Origin: Eledone cirrhosa
Lineage: Eukaryota
DNA: 64,000 bases
Direction of reading: 5' to 3'
Assembly (NCBI GenBank): GCA_964016885.1
Contig: OZ024745.1
Location: 35,526,001 to 35,590,000, forward strand
The position numbers were made by a program, and so were the translations under genes. Below, one piece after another: positions 31,012 through 44,287 of the stretch. The stretch's first letter is position 1. The number at the start of each line of letters is the position of its first letter. The notes beneath the pieces were generated by a model that was not told where the DNA came from, ran no database searches, and was given only the letters and a program-made list of their open reading frames with translations.

Positions 31012-32955
31012 CTACTCCGGAAGGATGTCCTTATAAATCCTCCTGGAGAGTGCTTGTCGGTAGTCTCCGATGTCTTTGGGGAATTTTTGTTTTAGTTTCG
31101 TGTACGTTTTCTGTGTGATGCGAGTGATTTGTATGTGTGGAGGTGGTGTGAACTTTTGGGTCGTTGTGTAGTCTTTTTCTGTGATGCTGGTGTTGTGTTG
31201 GATGTAGTGTAATAATTGTTTGTTGTTCAAATTTAATTGTTTCTACTTTAGGCACAAGGCCAGCAATTACCCAGTGCATTACTGGTACTTTATTTTATCG
31301 ACCCCGTAAGGATGAAAGGCAAAGTCAAAATTAATGTTGTGTAGTGTGTATCGTTTTGGTTGTTTGGTTTTGTTTGCGTTTGTTGTGGGTTTGTTTCTGT
31401 TTCGCTTTTTGGTGACTTTTGTTGTGTTGGGGTTAATGATGGTGATGGTGTTGGTGTTTGTGGTAATGGGGTTGGTGATGCTGGTGTGGATGGTGGCATA
31501 GCTGTCCTAACTTTTTTGTTTGATAGTTTATTTGTTTCCCTTTGTATTTTGTTTTTGGAGGGGGAAGGAGGGGATTTTTTCTCTTTCGGTTTTTTTCTTT
31601 TTTTTTTCCTGATACCGTTTCCGACTCCTCGTCGTCACAATCTGTCTCCAGTTGCGATAGGTCGGGGAGTGGAAAATCCTCCACAGGCGTTGGTTTTGGT
31701 TGTGGCGTGATGGATGGTGTAAGCGCTGGTGCTAGTTCTGGCGCGTTGGGTGGTGGTGGTGGTGTTGGTTTTGCTACTGTTGCTGGGGTTGTTGCTGTTA
31801 CAGTTGCTTCTGTTGTTGCTGCTACAGTTGTTACTGCCATTTCTGCTGCTGATGGTGTTGATGGTTGAGTCACTGGGGTGGGTAAGTCTGAGGGCAGAAA
31901 GCCCTTAGGTGGGTTCCTTCACCACAAACGACACACCTAGGCCTTCTGCCCTCGGCGATTACGGTGAGGTGGCTGCCGTCAGTGTGATCTATTACCTCTG
32001 GGATCTCCTCAATGCTGTTTTGGTCCGCTTGGATCAGGAGCTCCATACCAGATCCGGACCAGTTCTCCTGCTTTTCTTTCGCTATTTCGATTATCTTGGT
32101 GTTGGCCTCGATGTCGGCGAAGACAGCAGCCATTAGCCAGGGAATTTCGATGGCCGGTGGAACGTGGGTCACCCTGATCTTCAGGAGCCTCTGGCCTCAA
32201 TAGCTTGGGACGAGTGTGAAGTCGTCACTTCTTAATGGGTCATAGAGTGTTCTCTGGCCTCCTGTGGTGTTCCAAAGTACACGTAAACTGTTCCATATTT
32301 CTGCCCACGTCTAATGTGGGTTTTTTGTTGCCCACACATGTCCCAAAACTTTTGGGATTTGGGACTCGGATGCCCCTTCCACTCGGCGCGATTTTATGTT
32401 AATCGTCCGATAAGACACGGTGCATAGGCGCCGATGCTCCATTTTATTAGGGGGTGGGGGGTGGGTGTGGCTGACCCTGTACCCATCTTTCTTTACCATT
32501 CTCTTGGTTTCATCTAATTCCTCCTGAGTTACCTGGATTGCTTCGCACTTTTTTTGCTACTCTGGCAAAAAACAGGGTGGTTTTCTTATTCTCATTGTTG
32601 TTGTTGCTGTTGTTGTTATCGTTATTTTTGTTATTGTTATTTTTAGTTTCAGTTGTGGTGGTGGTGGCGTCAGTGGTGTTCGGTGTGGAAGAGTCCATTC
32701 TTGGTGAATCCATTTCGATGTCGCGAGATAATTTATTTTTTCTTTTGTTTTTGTTGTCTCTGTAGTGGTGGTGGGGGTGGCGGCTTCAACACCTGCAGTC
32801 ATTGGTAATGGCGGGAAATGAATGTCTGCATGAGACAAATATAAATTATTGCTACTGCTTATATTTTTAGTGTTGGCAAACGTAGTAATATTTACAATGG
32901 TGGTGTCGGTGTGAGGTGTTATTTTGAGAGGAAGGTGTGACTGTGAATCGTCCAT
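31012..32955 (-). pseudogene. LINE ORF1 (gag-like nucleic-acid-binding protein), disrupted
   Basis: CVVCGEGTHLRAFC (CCHC) in ORF 31870..32172; Pro/Thr-rich and basic segments; frameshifts and a SINE insertion. Confidence 0.75.
31238..31326 (-). mobile_element. 5'-truncated SINE inserted in LINE ORF1
   Basis: Family consensus sequence with an approximate TCAAAWTTAAT duplication. Confidence 0.88.
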
Positions 32956-33193
32956 GATTTATTTCAAAGAAATTTTTTTTGTTTGATAATTATAAAAGTT
33001 GAAGTTTTGGGCTCAAGGCCCCAATCTTTTTGAGTCTCCTATTCCGAAAGCAAATTTTGTGACCTTATAAATAGTTAACAACAAATATTTTCCATAAATC
33101 GCAATTTTAAACAAACGAAAACAACAAACCTTTGCGGAGCTCACGATGATACAATTTCCTACGTAGGTCGCCAATAATAATAATAATAATAAT

Positions 33194-33360
33194 TGTTTCT
33201 ACTTTTGGCACAAGGCCAGCAATTATCCCAGTGCATTACTGGTACTTTATTTTATCGACCCCGTAAGGATGAAAGGCAAAGTTAACCTCGGCGGGATTTG
33301 AACTCAGATCATAAAGGGAAGTAACTCCATGCTTCAAAGCATGGCGTTACTTCCCTTTAT
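33194..33360 (-). mobile_element. SINE copy in (AAT)n with a fold-back at the truncated 5' end
   Basis: Family consensus to about 33347; hairpin at 33311-33360. Confidence 0.88.
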
Positions 33361-33383
33361 ATAATAATAATAATAATAATAAT

Positions 33384-34325
33384 AGGCAAATATGTGGCCC
33401 GTAGCAAACAAGCTGATGTTGACCAAAAGCACATCCATCAGTGGCTAAGTAATTTCAGGGTTAAAGGCGGAGAGTGAAGGCTTCATCTTAGCTGCCCAAG
33501 ACCAAAGTTTATTAACTCGTAATTACCAGGCCAATTTGATGAGAAACGGAATAAACCCAAAGTGCTGATTCTGAAATGCTGGGGTTGAAACAGTGGATCA
33601 CTTAGTCTCTGGATGTAAAGTTTTAGCGCCAGTAGAATACAAGTATAGACATGACAGAGTTGGCCAATATCTACACTGGGTAATGTGTCGGCATTACAAA
33701 ATCAAAGCTGAAGACAAGTGGTATAACAATCACCGTGAGGCTGTCAGTGAAGGAGAAAAAGTAACAATTCTCTGGGACTTTCCTGTACATACTGACAGGA
33801 CCATGCAAGCAAATAGACCTGACATCATTGTAAAAGATCAACATAACAAGGTTTGTTTAGTGATAAATATGAGCATCCCATGTGATCACAATATCGCGGC
33901 AAAAGAATTTGACAAGCTACGAAAATATAAAAATCTGCTTATTGAAATTGAGAAAATGTGACACCTCAAGGCCGTTACAATACCAGTGATTGTGGGAGGG
34001 CTAGGGATGATCAAGAAAGGAACAGAACAATATTTGCGAATGATTCCTGGTTTACCCTCTCTGCACGAGGTGCAAAAAATTGTTTTGACTGGTACTGCAC
34101 ACGTGTTGAGAAGAGCACTATCTCTGTAAGATTGATAATCCTCCTTGCATTTACACATGTGTATATATGTATACTATTTTTTTAAAAATTATAATCAATG
34201 TGCTGTATTAACTGGCTTACCAATGCACACTGTGAATTTATTTGCCCTAGGTGTCAGGAAGACACTCGGCATATATCTCAGAAACATTAATGAAATAAAA
34301 TAAAAATGATAATAATAATAATAAA
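33384..34325 (+). mobile_element. R4/Dong-like non-LTR element 3' fragment (CCHC plus restriction-like endonuclease) in (AAT)n
   Basis: GLKAESEGFILAAQDQSL; ETVDHLVSGC; RHDRV; RPDIIV...KEFDKLRKYK; IPVIVGGLG. (AAT)n on both sides. Confidence 0.9.
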
Positions 34326-35149
34326 AGTAATAGTAGTAGTAAAGTATTTAATGTGTTAGTAGTTGTAATAATAGTAGTAGCTGTAGTAGTATTATTACTA
34401 CTTATGTCCTTTCTCTAATAACGTTGCATTCCTACTCTTACACCCCCTCCCCCTCCTCTTCCTGTTCCTCATCACAATCACTATCACGCACCGTGCTTAA
34501 TTATGATTGCGATTATGCTGATAAAAATGAAATTAAAAATAGCTAATCGTATCAAAATATTTTTTCTCAAGAAATATTTTATCTAGACCTCAGTAAAATG
34601 TGCAGAAGTCACATTTACTATTCCGCTACAACTATATTCGATATCCTCTACTCTACAAAATTGGGACTTGCGTGTTTCAGAAAATTCTTTAAATCACGTA
34701 AATGATTGATAATGGTGAATGATGATTTTTCTCTTTTCTAGTATTCAATATTATACAGATAAGCAATATAATAATCATATCAGGAAATGATTGCCCCCAG
34801 GAAGCCCACGTTTATGATAGTAAACGAGGCCCAACCTTTATATCTTCTAAAGGAATTCCTTTCTTTGATGCCATCTCTTACAGGAAACTATTTCGCTTAT
34901 TGAAATTATTCTATTTCACACAAAGATTGATTTCTTTCCATGCCACTTGTCCATCACCATACATCTATTTCTTCCCGTCTCCTACTCTCTTAAGATAGGT
35001 ATTGATGACAATACGTCACGAAATTTAATCGATTTTCACAGAACTGAAATGTTACACAAGTTTCTGCTATTATTGTGTTGTGGTTGAGAAACACCTATTG
35101 TAGGTTCAGATTATACACACACACATACACACATACATAAACACATACA

Positions 35150-35225
35150 CCTATGTATATATATATATATATACATAGGTACAAGCACATACAAACATAC
35201 ACATATACACTCAAACATGCACACA

Positions 35226-35256
<31 letters not shown>

Positions 35257-35286
35257 TATATATATATTTATAAATATATATATAAC

Positions 35287-35362
<76 letters not shown>

Positions 35363-35389
35363 AATACGTATATATATAATATATATATG

Positions 35390-35429
<40 letters not shown>

Positions 35430-35449
35430 CGTATATATATTATATATAG

Positions 35450-35535
<86 letters not shown>

Positions 35536-35625
35536 CTATATATAATATATATACGTATATATATATATATATATGTGTATATATATATATACATATATAT
35601 ATTATATATATACGTATTTATATAC

Positions 35626-35695
<70 letters not shown>

Positions 35696-35712
35696 ATATA
35701 TATATATATATG

Positions 35713-35779
<67 letters not shown>

Positions 35780-35792
35780 GTATATATATACA

Positions 35793-35825
<33 letters not shown>

Positions 35826-35848
35826 GTGTGTATATATATATATATGTT

Positions 35849-35905
<57 letters not shown>
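35150..35905. repeat. Interrupted (TA)n with an internal inverted duplication
   Basis: The variant pattern at about 35350-35470 is mirrored at about 35515-35630. Confidence 0.85.
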
Positions 35906-36155
35906 GCATATCTGTGCGTGTATGTCTGAAATCGTGAAAGTTTTTTGCGCACACTATATCAATTGGTAACGTATAGTTGCTTTAATATACTTTAACTGTT
36001 TCCTGCTTGATATTTAAATTACCCAGCCCAGCTATCTAATTCAGTAGTTTTCTCTTTCTCAGCTACAACACGAAATAATATCATCGCTTACTTTCACTGA
36101 GCTCAACCCGACCATCTTCAAAGTAGCTAATAGAATTTGAAGAGAAGAATCTGCT

Positions 36156-36216
<61 letters not shown>

Positions 36217-36628
36217 TTTATATATATATATGTTGATATTTCAGCATTTTCCTAACTTCAAACAAGGAAATGCCGAGAGCAATATGTAGTTTCGCCTGAT
36301 CGTATCATATATTTCCCTGTTGCACTTACTTTATGCTCAATGTGTTTTAATGAAATTCCTTACATGTACTCATATACGCACACACATACACGCATACACA
36401 CACACACACCCACACATACACATTCACACACACATACACACACATATATATATTTAAATGCATACATAATATATTGATGTGGAATGTTTCGTTACTAATG
36501 TTTCATCAGGTTGAGCATGTTTTGTCTCTTTACCATTATGGATATCCATAAGACGTAGAATTTTAATAATAATAAGGAGCAGGAACGACACGTGTTTCCC
36601 TATCGATCAGCTCAAGGTATGATCAACA

Positions 36629-36713
36629 TGTCAGATGAGCTATCGATTCCAGTATCGGGTTCGATCACTGCCGATCATAAGTTGTGCTGATCGAATGGGA
36701 AACACGCGTTACA
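36629..36713 (+). ncRNA. Degenerate long-stem-II hammerhead with an upstream inverted self-copy
   Basis: TGT-CAGATGA-GCTATCGAT...ATCGAATGG-GAAA-CACGCG-TT-ACA. 36588-36624 is an inverted copy of 36673-36709. Confidence 0.5.
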
Positions 36714-38466
36714 ATAGCTTGTGTACATGTAGTTCATAGTCAACCCAGGGATATGACCCTTGTATGTATTGTCTTTCGTATTGACATTAGCGACAAGAAT
36801 AATACCTCCAATTGTGTCACTTGTTTTTGAAAAAGAAAACAAAACATAAACAACAAACAGCAGAACATTGACGATATAATTCACCACGTTATATAGAAAT
36901 GTTTGAGAGAAATGTATATCCATCCCCAACACAAATCCAAAAGAATCTTTGCAACGATACTCAGAGCGAAAGCAAAACAGTGAGAACAAAAACTAGATAA
37001 TCACGACTGGTTCTGAAAACCTAAATGCATGAAAAATATATATAAATTTTATATGAAGTAGTTTCATTTCGTTATATATCGTAAACTTGTAAATATATAT
37101 ATATATATATACATATATATGGTGAACTAACTGTTGTGTAACCACTTACGATTACGAGCTGAGGATCCGCTAAGGTGAAACAATTGATCTCGGTATGGTG
37201 AACTAAATGTTGTGTAACAAATTCTACCTAACTCGTCCCATGGACTGAGTTAATTTCACATGTTTGATAGTATTTGCAGGACGTATTAGAAAAAAATGTT
37301 AGATACATAGTCTTGATTTGGGGTACTGAACATCTGTGTTTGTGAAGGCTAGCATTTGTGGTGATCCTTACAAGAAGGTGTGAAAAAATGATGAGAGCAC
37401 TTATTTTCATGAGCGAATGAGGATGTGATCAGTTTGTTATGCCCTTTTTGGTCAATGGCTCTGAAGTTTCTTTTAATGGATGCGGTGGAAATAGCATCTA
37501 GGTTATATATGTATGGCATTTGATGAAGAGTGGTGAGATTTATTGTTTTGATACTCAGCTTCAACACCAATATTTTAATATGTTGCAATAGTTGGCCCAC
37601 AAGATATAACAGGAGATCACAGTTGTGGGGAAAGCAGTGAAACTGAGCATTATAGGGTTAAATTTACAATGTTCTGATTCCATAAGATATGTAATTGTCA
37701 TAATTGAATGAAGTTTTAATTTGAAACTTTGGAACGTATTTCTTAGAAATGTGGAACTTAATAACGACATGTTTTAAACGTTTTTTAACGTAAATTAGAT
37801 ATAAAATATATTGAACGTATTAGAAAGCACGATAACATTGGTTTGAAAGATGTATTACATTTTCGCATTTAATGACGTATATGTATTATTATTTCTCTTA
37901 AATATTTCTATTTCGAATAATTTTGCCATCGGTACAGGAAAACATAGATATCTATAATTATTTAGATAAAAGATTTTCTGAAATTTTCATTCCTATAGGC
38001 AAATATTTAATGTAAACCCTACATGGCGGCATGATTTATTCCTTCTGACAATACATTTCTTAATAATTAGCTTTGAGTCACAAATGTTTTTCAGAGAAAT
38101 TCGATATCTTTTAAACGCTTAAGGCTACAGAAATATGGATAATAAGCAACACTATCAAAAATATAACAGTAATCCTTCAGAAAAGAATGGAAAAGAATGG
38201 AATCAAAATATATTGCATGTCGAGAAGCAAACGTTTCAATGTATAAAACCTACTGAGTATATCAACAATGGAATTCGTAAGACTCATGATTCAACCGGAT
38301 TCTTCTACAATATTTCCGTATTAAGTTGAGGAAAAAAAAGATTTAGAAGATTCCTTTTACCTGCACGAATTTTGACAAAATATACACAAATTCCTTCGTA
38401 TTGTAAATAACTAGAAGAATCTGTTTCTATGTGTAGTAATTCGGTATATATATATATATATATATT

Positions 38467-38672
38467 AGTAAAAAGGAAAAGAAAATGCTGACAAATGTTT
38501 CCCAGTGAAAAATAGTTTAATTAGGAATAAGTATAAATTAGTAATAAGTATTAGTTAGTATTCAATTTTAGTTTTAAGTTTTTACCGGTTGCGCTTTTCT
38601 TATGCTTTTCAAAAATAATTTCGAGATAGAGTGCTCGTGATTTTTGCTCTAATTAGAGCAGAAATCACGAGG
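38467..38672 (-). mobile_element. PLE-type terminus (family D) with variant HHR and a short 5' fold-back
   Basis: Homologous to 11462-11651. Hairpin CTCGTGATTTTTGCTCTAATTAGAGCAGAAATCACGAG at about 38634-38671. Confidence 0.65.
38579..38615 (-). ncRNA. Minimal hammerhead variant (U3/A8/C13)
   Basis: Minus strand TTT-TTGAAAA-GC(ataagaaaa)GC-GCAA-CCGG-TA-AAA. Confidence 0.55.
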
Positions 38673-39619
38673 ACTTTGTAAATTCATAAAATTAAGCAAC
38701 CTAACGGTTTACCAACAGCTTAATAACGGTTAATACAAACCCTAGAAAAGATAATTTGTAGATAAAAAATGCATTAGATAATATACCTACAATAACAACA
38801 TGGCCAGTAATTCGGAGGAATTTACATTTAACAAACAAACACCTATTGACTATAAACGACTCAAAATATAATCCCATGGTTAATGGATATTACAAACAAC
38901 ATATACACATACATACGAACTACAACACAAAAACACTTAAATGAAAATCACATATCAAACTGTATCACGCGCTTTGCATTATACCTTACATAACAAATAC
39001 CTGCATTATCACCACATGCCTCTCTAACAAATTGCACACTATCTTAAACATTTCTAACAATTATAACATGCTTTAACACCCCACACAAAATAAGTTTATT
39101 TCAACTGCATTATAACTCTTTCCTCATACATGCATTATTGACTGTATTGACTCCTGCATTGTACACCAATTTTCCTTGCTTAGAACTTTTTTGCCTGTAT
39201 TTGTTTGCTTGTACTTTTCGCTTATACCTCCTACACTTTCAACCAGTGCTGCCTGTAATTGCGTTCTTTCAAGCAGAACATCTTTTTCACTCCTGACTCT
39301 CCACATGTTACCTATGACACTAACAACAATTATATACCCTAAATGTTCTAAATGACTAGGATTTTAGTAACATGTTTCGACATTCCCTATGCTTCGCTGA
39401 ACCAGACTTCCCTCTGGAAGAAACAATTGTCAGCAAATAAATGTTCTAAACTAAAAGTTAATCGTTTTAACACTTTGTATATATGTATATATATATATAT
39501 ATATTATATATCCATATATATATATCTCCATATATATATATATATTATATATATATCTATATATATCTATATATCCATATATATATATACCCATATGTAT
39601 ATATATATATCCAAACACT

Positions 39620-39762
<143 letters not shown>

Positions 39763-40129
39763 AAATATATATATATATGTTCATATATATATTCATATCG
39801 ATCGAATGTTACGGTCTGGCTGAAGCATTGTATATGAAAAATGTGTTAGTTTTAGGAACCCAACACAGCGTAAGAGGAGATATGTATAAAGTCAGATGCA
39901 TTTTCTCATTTCTTTTACAGCATTGTTACAGCATGTCTATTAGACAAGCCAATTTCACCACTCTCATAATCTGTGGCATGCTACCTCCTACTTACATCCA
40001 TGTGTACCTTCAAGTGGATTTTAAATAAAATGACAAGGGGCAACCTATTATGAAATTACTGCTTCCATAAACCACCCAGTTTCTGCACCTATATTTTCCC
40101 CTTCGCTATAGCCAACGGACTGTCAAATA

Positions 40130-40154
40130 CCACCACCATCACTACTACTACTAG

Positions 40155-40206
<52 letters not shown>

Positions 40207-40305
40207 GACGATGATGATCATGATGCTGATAATGATGATGATGAAGATGATGATGATGAGGATAATGATGATGATGATGATGAGAATGAGGAGGGGGAGG
40301 AAGAG
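40130..40305. repeat. Compound (ACT)n/(ATG)n/(GAG)n microsatellite
   Basis: Direct reading. Confidence 0.9.
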
Positions 40306-40324
40306 GCGGAGTATACATTCTATA

Positions 40325-42088
40325 TATATATCTGGGGATAAATGTCGGCCAAGTATTTACCACGTCAGCATAAAAGAGAGAATCAGGAAGGAATGCTACC
40401 AGAGAGTACGTGCTGTCTTGAAAACTGAGCTTACAAATAAACTATCTACCGTAACTGCGTTTGCAATCCCAGTTGTCAACTGCAGTTTCAATATCATAAA
40501 TAGATACGTTAATGAAATAAAGAAAATGGACACCAAATCCAAGAAACTTCTGAACTATAATAACTGTTTCTACTTTTAGGCACAAGGCCAGCAATTACTG
40601 GTACTTTATTGTATCGACCCCGTAAGGATGAAAGGCAAAGTCAACCTCGGCGGGATAATAACATACTTCAACAAGAAGCAAATGTGGATCGTCTCTACCT
40701 ACCTAGAAAAAAACAGAAGTAGAGGAATGATCTAGCTTTAGCTGTAATTCAAAATCTCAACCATTGGACTCGATCTTTATCTTAAAACCGCAAATGACTG
40801 GATGAGAAAATGGATGCAGATCATGAAAGACAGAAGAGCTTACATTCAGTCAAAAGGAAAGTAGAATGATTGCAGAAAAACTGGAAATAGATTTAGAAAT
40901 GATGGCGATTCCGCAATTAAAGCCACAAAGATCATCAAAGTTTTGGCAAAACATAAAGGCCAACAGAGACTGTACACTAAAATGGAGAAGAAACCACTGC
41001 ATGCTCAGTATGTTGTCCGTAGCAAAGAACCTAGTGTAGATCAAACTACACCCATTAGTGGCTGAAGAGTTCTGGATTAAAGGCAAAAAGTGGAGGCTTC
41101 CTTTTGGCTGCATAAGTGTCTTACAACGCGCAACTTTCAAGTCAATGTGATCAGAAACAAAACTGTCACAAAACTGTTTGCTTTGTGATGAGCATGTTGA
41201 GACCATTGATCGCATAGCTGCAAATTTGTAGATTCTCAGTAATATTAAACAAGGCATGATAGAGTGGGGAAATATTTACACCGGGTAATATGCAGGTTTT
41301 ATGGACCATGCTCGGCTCTTTCACTCACCTTTCAAGTAAAAAGTATTGTAGATAACAGCGTGGACGTTACTGGAATCCTTAATAATGTAGGTTTTACATC
41401 TGGCTCAAGCAGGTCGTCATCCATCAATGGGACAAAAAATGTAAAAGAAGTGAACATGAAACTGACCAACAAAGAAAGAAAAGGGGAATAGTCAAAAGCA
41501 GATATTAAAGTCATTTATGAAACTCTTCTAAAACGTGAACTAGAGACAAGAAACTAGAGGAAAAATATGTATGCATTATGGAAAGAAAGCAACAGGTTTA
41601 AAAACATCACAGAACAAAGATAGTGGACCAGTTGCGATGTATAATGAAGATATTCGTGTTGGCAAAGTTTGCAATTCATAAAATAGAAAACTCACTGCAA
41701 TGAATCCAGCAAAATAAACCAGAGAAATCACCAAACCTATGGAGAGAGGCAAACATTCTAATGAGATGAGGATCCAGAATGAACTGTTAATGAAGATACT
41801 GAAGTGACAGCTGTGGAGAGCATAAGTGAAGGCGAGTTTGGTTTAATCAACGGATTATGGAAGTAATGGATAAGAGCTGATATGATGATTTACCATTACT
41901 CATAGGTTGTGAACAAAAAGCACTGACTGTGTTTCGGAAAATGAATAGAGTTATTAATCATGTTCAGACAGACATTGTTACAGAAACAAACAATTTTATG
42001 TATGCAACAGCATATGTAAACTCAGAGAAGAGTTGTGCTTTCTGATGCACTGACGACACACAATAAAAATAAAAATAATAATAATAAT
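40325..42088 (+). mobile_element. Degenerate, rearranged R4/Dong-like element(s)
   Basis: IKERIRKECYQRVRAVLKTEL...AIPVV...MDTKSKKLL; DRLYLPRK; ETIDRI; HDRVGKYLH. An N-terminal-like segment follows (ITEQR..DQ, about 41330-42030), then an AATAAA/(AAT)n end. Confidence 0.8.
40565..40654 (-). mobile_element. 5'-truncated SINE inside the R4/Dong fragment
   Basis: TSD ATAATAAC at 40557-40564 and 40655-40662. Confidence 0.88.
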
Positions 42089-42514
42089 CCCAGGATTTCC
42101 ACCTACATATATATTCACTCTGATAATATTGCTGATTTTCTTGTTATTTTTGAAACTTGTTCTGATATTTAAATATTGTCTTAAACATATATGTTATTTT
42201 CAGTTATAATTATTGATATTTCATAATAAATATAATCGTCCTCATTACAAATTTCTATATTTGCTTTATTTTAAAATAAACTTTTGCCATTCCAACAGCG
42301 CTGCTTACGACGATGAATTAATAATCTTGCAATAAATATCGAGATTCGACAATAGATATGCGAACACAATGGTAGATTAATCATGTGTAGTCGACGAAAG
42401 AGAGACAATAACATTTTTATGCATTAATATATGATATGGTAAAAAGATTTTCAATAACTGAAATCAGTTTTAATTTCATCTACGTCTAGCTGTCGTTATA
42501 TATATTGTATTTTA

Positions 42515-42607
42515 GGTTAACTTTGCCTTTTATCCTTACGGGTTCGATAAAATAAAGTACCAGTAATGTACTGTGTAATTGCTGGCCTTGTGCCTAAGGT
42601 AGAAACA
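42515..42607 (+). mobile_element. 5'-truncated SINE with 20-bp TSD
   Basis: TSD GTTATATATATTGTATTTTA at 42495-42514 and 42608-42627. Confidence 0.9.
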
Positions 42608-42847
42608 GTTATATATATTGTATTTTAATTATATGTAAATAAAATCATGTAAAATATTATTGTGTCTCAAGGGTATTCCAATAAATATTTACTAAACGGT
42701 TTTGAGCGAAAGTATTTCGTATACTCTAGTTTATTAGTTGCAAATACATACTTATATAGAAACCCACGGTAATATATACAGATACATACATAGATACACA
42801 CATACATATATTCATAAATACATACATATATACATACATATATACAT

Positions 42848-43044
42848 GCTGGCTGCCAACTCGTTTTCGAGTACGGCCACTACTTTATATCCATGTAGGA
42901 GAACCCTTACCGATGCGCTGAACACGTGTGACTTTTTAGTCCAGCCAGCGACTTGAAAACTCTGGTACAAACACTACACTTGTGACAATTATTGACACAT
43001 AGTGCTGGGCCCATCGTACCATGTGACGACAAGTGCAGAGAGAT
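42848..43044 (-). mobile_element. 3' fragment of the non-autonomous RTE derivative (tandem copy)
   Basis: Repeats about 43076-43270. Confidence 0.8.
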
Positions 43045-43075
43045 ACAATATACATACATATATACATACATATAT

Positions 43076-43680
43076 GGTGGCTGCCAATTCGTTTTCGAGC
43101 ACGGCCACTACTTTATATCCATGTAGGAGAGCCCCTACCGATGCGCTGACGAGTGTGACTTTTTAGTCCAGCCAGCGACTTGAAAACTCCGGTACAAACA
43201 CTACACTTGTGACAATCATTGACACAGTACTGGGCCCATGGTACCATGTGACGACAAGTGCAGAGAGATCTCCAGATATAAAGCAATGCCTGTGCTGTGA
43301 AGCTTTTATAGTGAGCAAAGGCATTGCACAAAGCCAGTCCCACTCTCTTAACCAAGATGATATTTACCAAAAAGAAGAACAAGTCAACATCATTGGATAC
43401 CATCAGGGTTGCAGGTGTTATATCAGAGTTTTCCTTCTCCTAGAATTCTGCCTTGACAAAGGCTAAGGGGTCATCTCTCCCGGTGATTTTGGATGGCCAT
43501 TGACTCTTAAGAGCTCCTTTGCCCTTTGACAGGTTTTGTTTTTAATCCTTCAGGATGTCCAAAGTCACCCTCCTCACCAAGAAACTTTGGTGGAGTTGCC
43601 AGTTTAGTCGCCAACGACCCGACCATGAGACAGGTTGTACTGGGATACATGTTACCAGTAGCACCAAGCGGTGACCTGAC
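43076..43680 (-). mobile_element. Apparently full-length (about 600 bp) bipartite non-autonomous RTE-derived retroposon
   Basis: Structured GC-richer 5' part and a 3' part encoding [18 protein letters not shown], with no RT. Flanked by (ATAC)n/(TA)n. Confidence 0.7.
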
Positions 43681-43766
43681 ATACATACATACATACATAC
43701 ATACATACATACATACATACATACATACATACATACATACATACATACATACATACATACATACAT
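43681..43766. repeat. (ATAC)n microsatellite
   Basis: Direct reading. Confidence 0.95.
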
Positions 43767-43964
43767 AGATGGGTATATGTGGTTTAGTGGTCAGGATGTT
43801 TGACTCACGAACGTAAGGTCATGGATTTGATTCCTGAACCGTGCCGCATATATGAAAAATAGTTTATATCATGTTCCTCCCCGCTGCAAGAAGACCAATG
43901 AGAACATCGTTTCTTATATATATATATATATATATATATGTACGTATATATATATATATATATG

Positions 43965-44023
<59 letters not shown>

Positions 44024-44025
<2 letters not shown>

Positions 44026-44287
44026 CGTTTCTGAAAAATGGCGTAGGATAGAAGAAAGGAAAGGCACAGAAACGAAGAAAGAAATCCCCAGTCACTGAAG
44101 AGGTCACAGAGTGTGTGACGAAAGAACTATGACTATATATATATATAAACAACTATCTGGTTGTGGAACCAACCAACCAACCAGAAATTTATAAATTTGT
44201 AAATTTATAAATATATATTAAATTAAATTGAAGTGAAAGCAACTGGTGCGTGTGTTTCTTATTGGCAACATGACCCTCCCAAAGTAT

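Larger units (their letters stand above)
27379..33172 (-). mobile_element. Near full-length degenerate L1/Tx1-like non-LTR retrotransposon (5' UTR, ORF1, ORF2, AATAAA, (ATT)n tail) between (AAT)n tracts
   Basis: ORF1 has a CCHC knuckle; ORF2 has APE, RT and a C-terminal Cys motif; polyA signal at 27406-27411 (minus) then (ATT)n. Confidence 0.92.

Noticed and set aside
37228-37770. Short minus-strand ORFs as host exons
   Set aside because: No recognisable domain or splice context; probably decayed repeat.
43770-43845. tRNA gene
   Set aside because: Only degenerate A/B boxes and no cloverleaf; it is a SINE head (likewise about 13130, 51100 and 61110).
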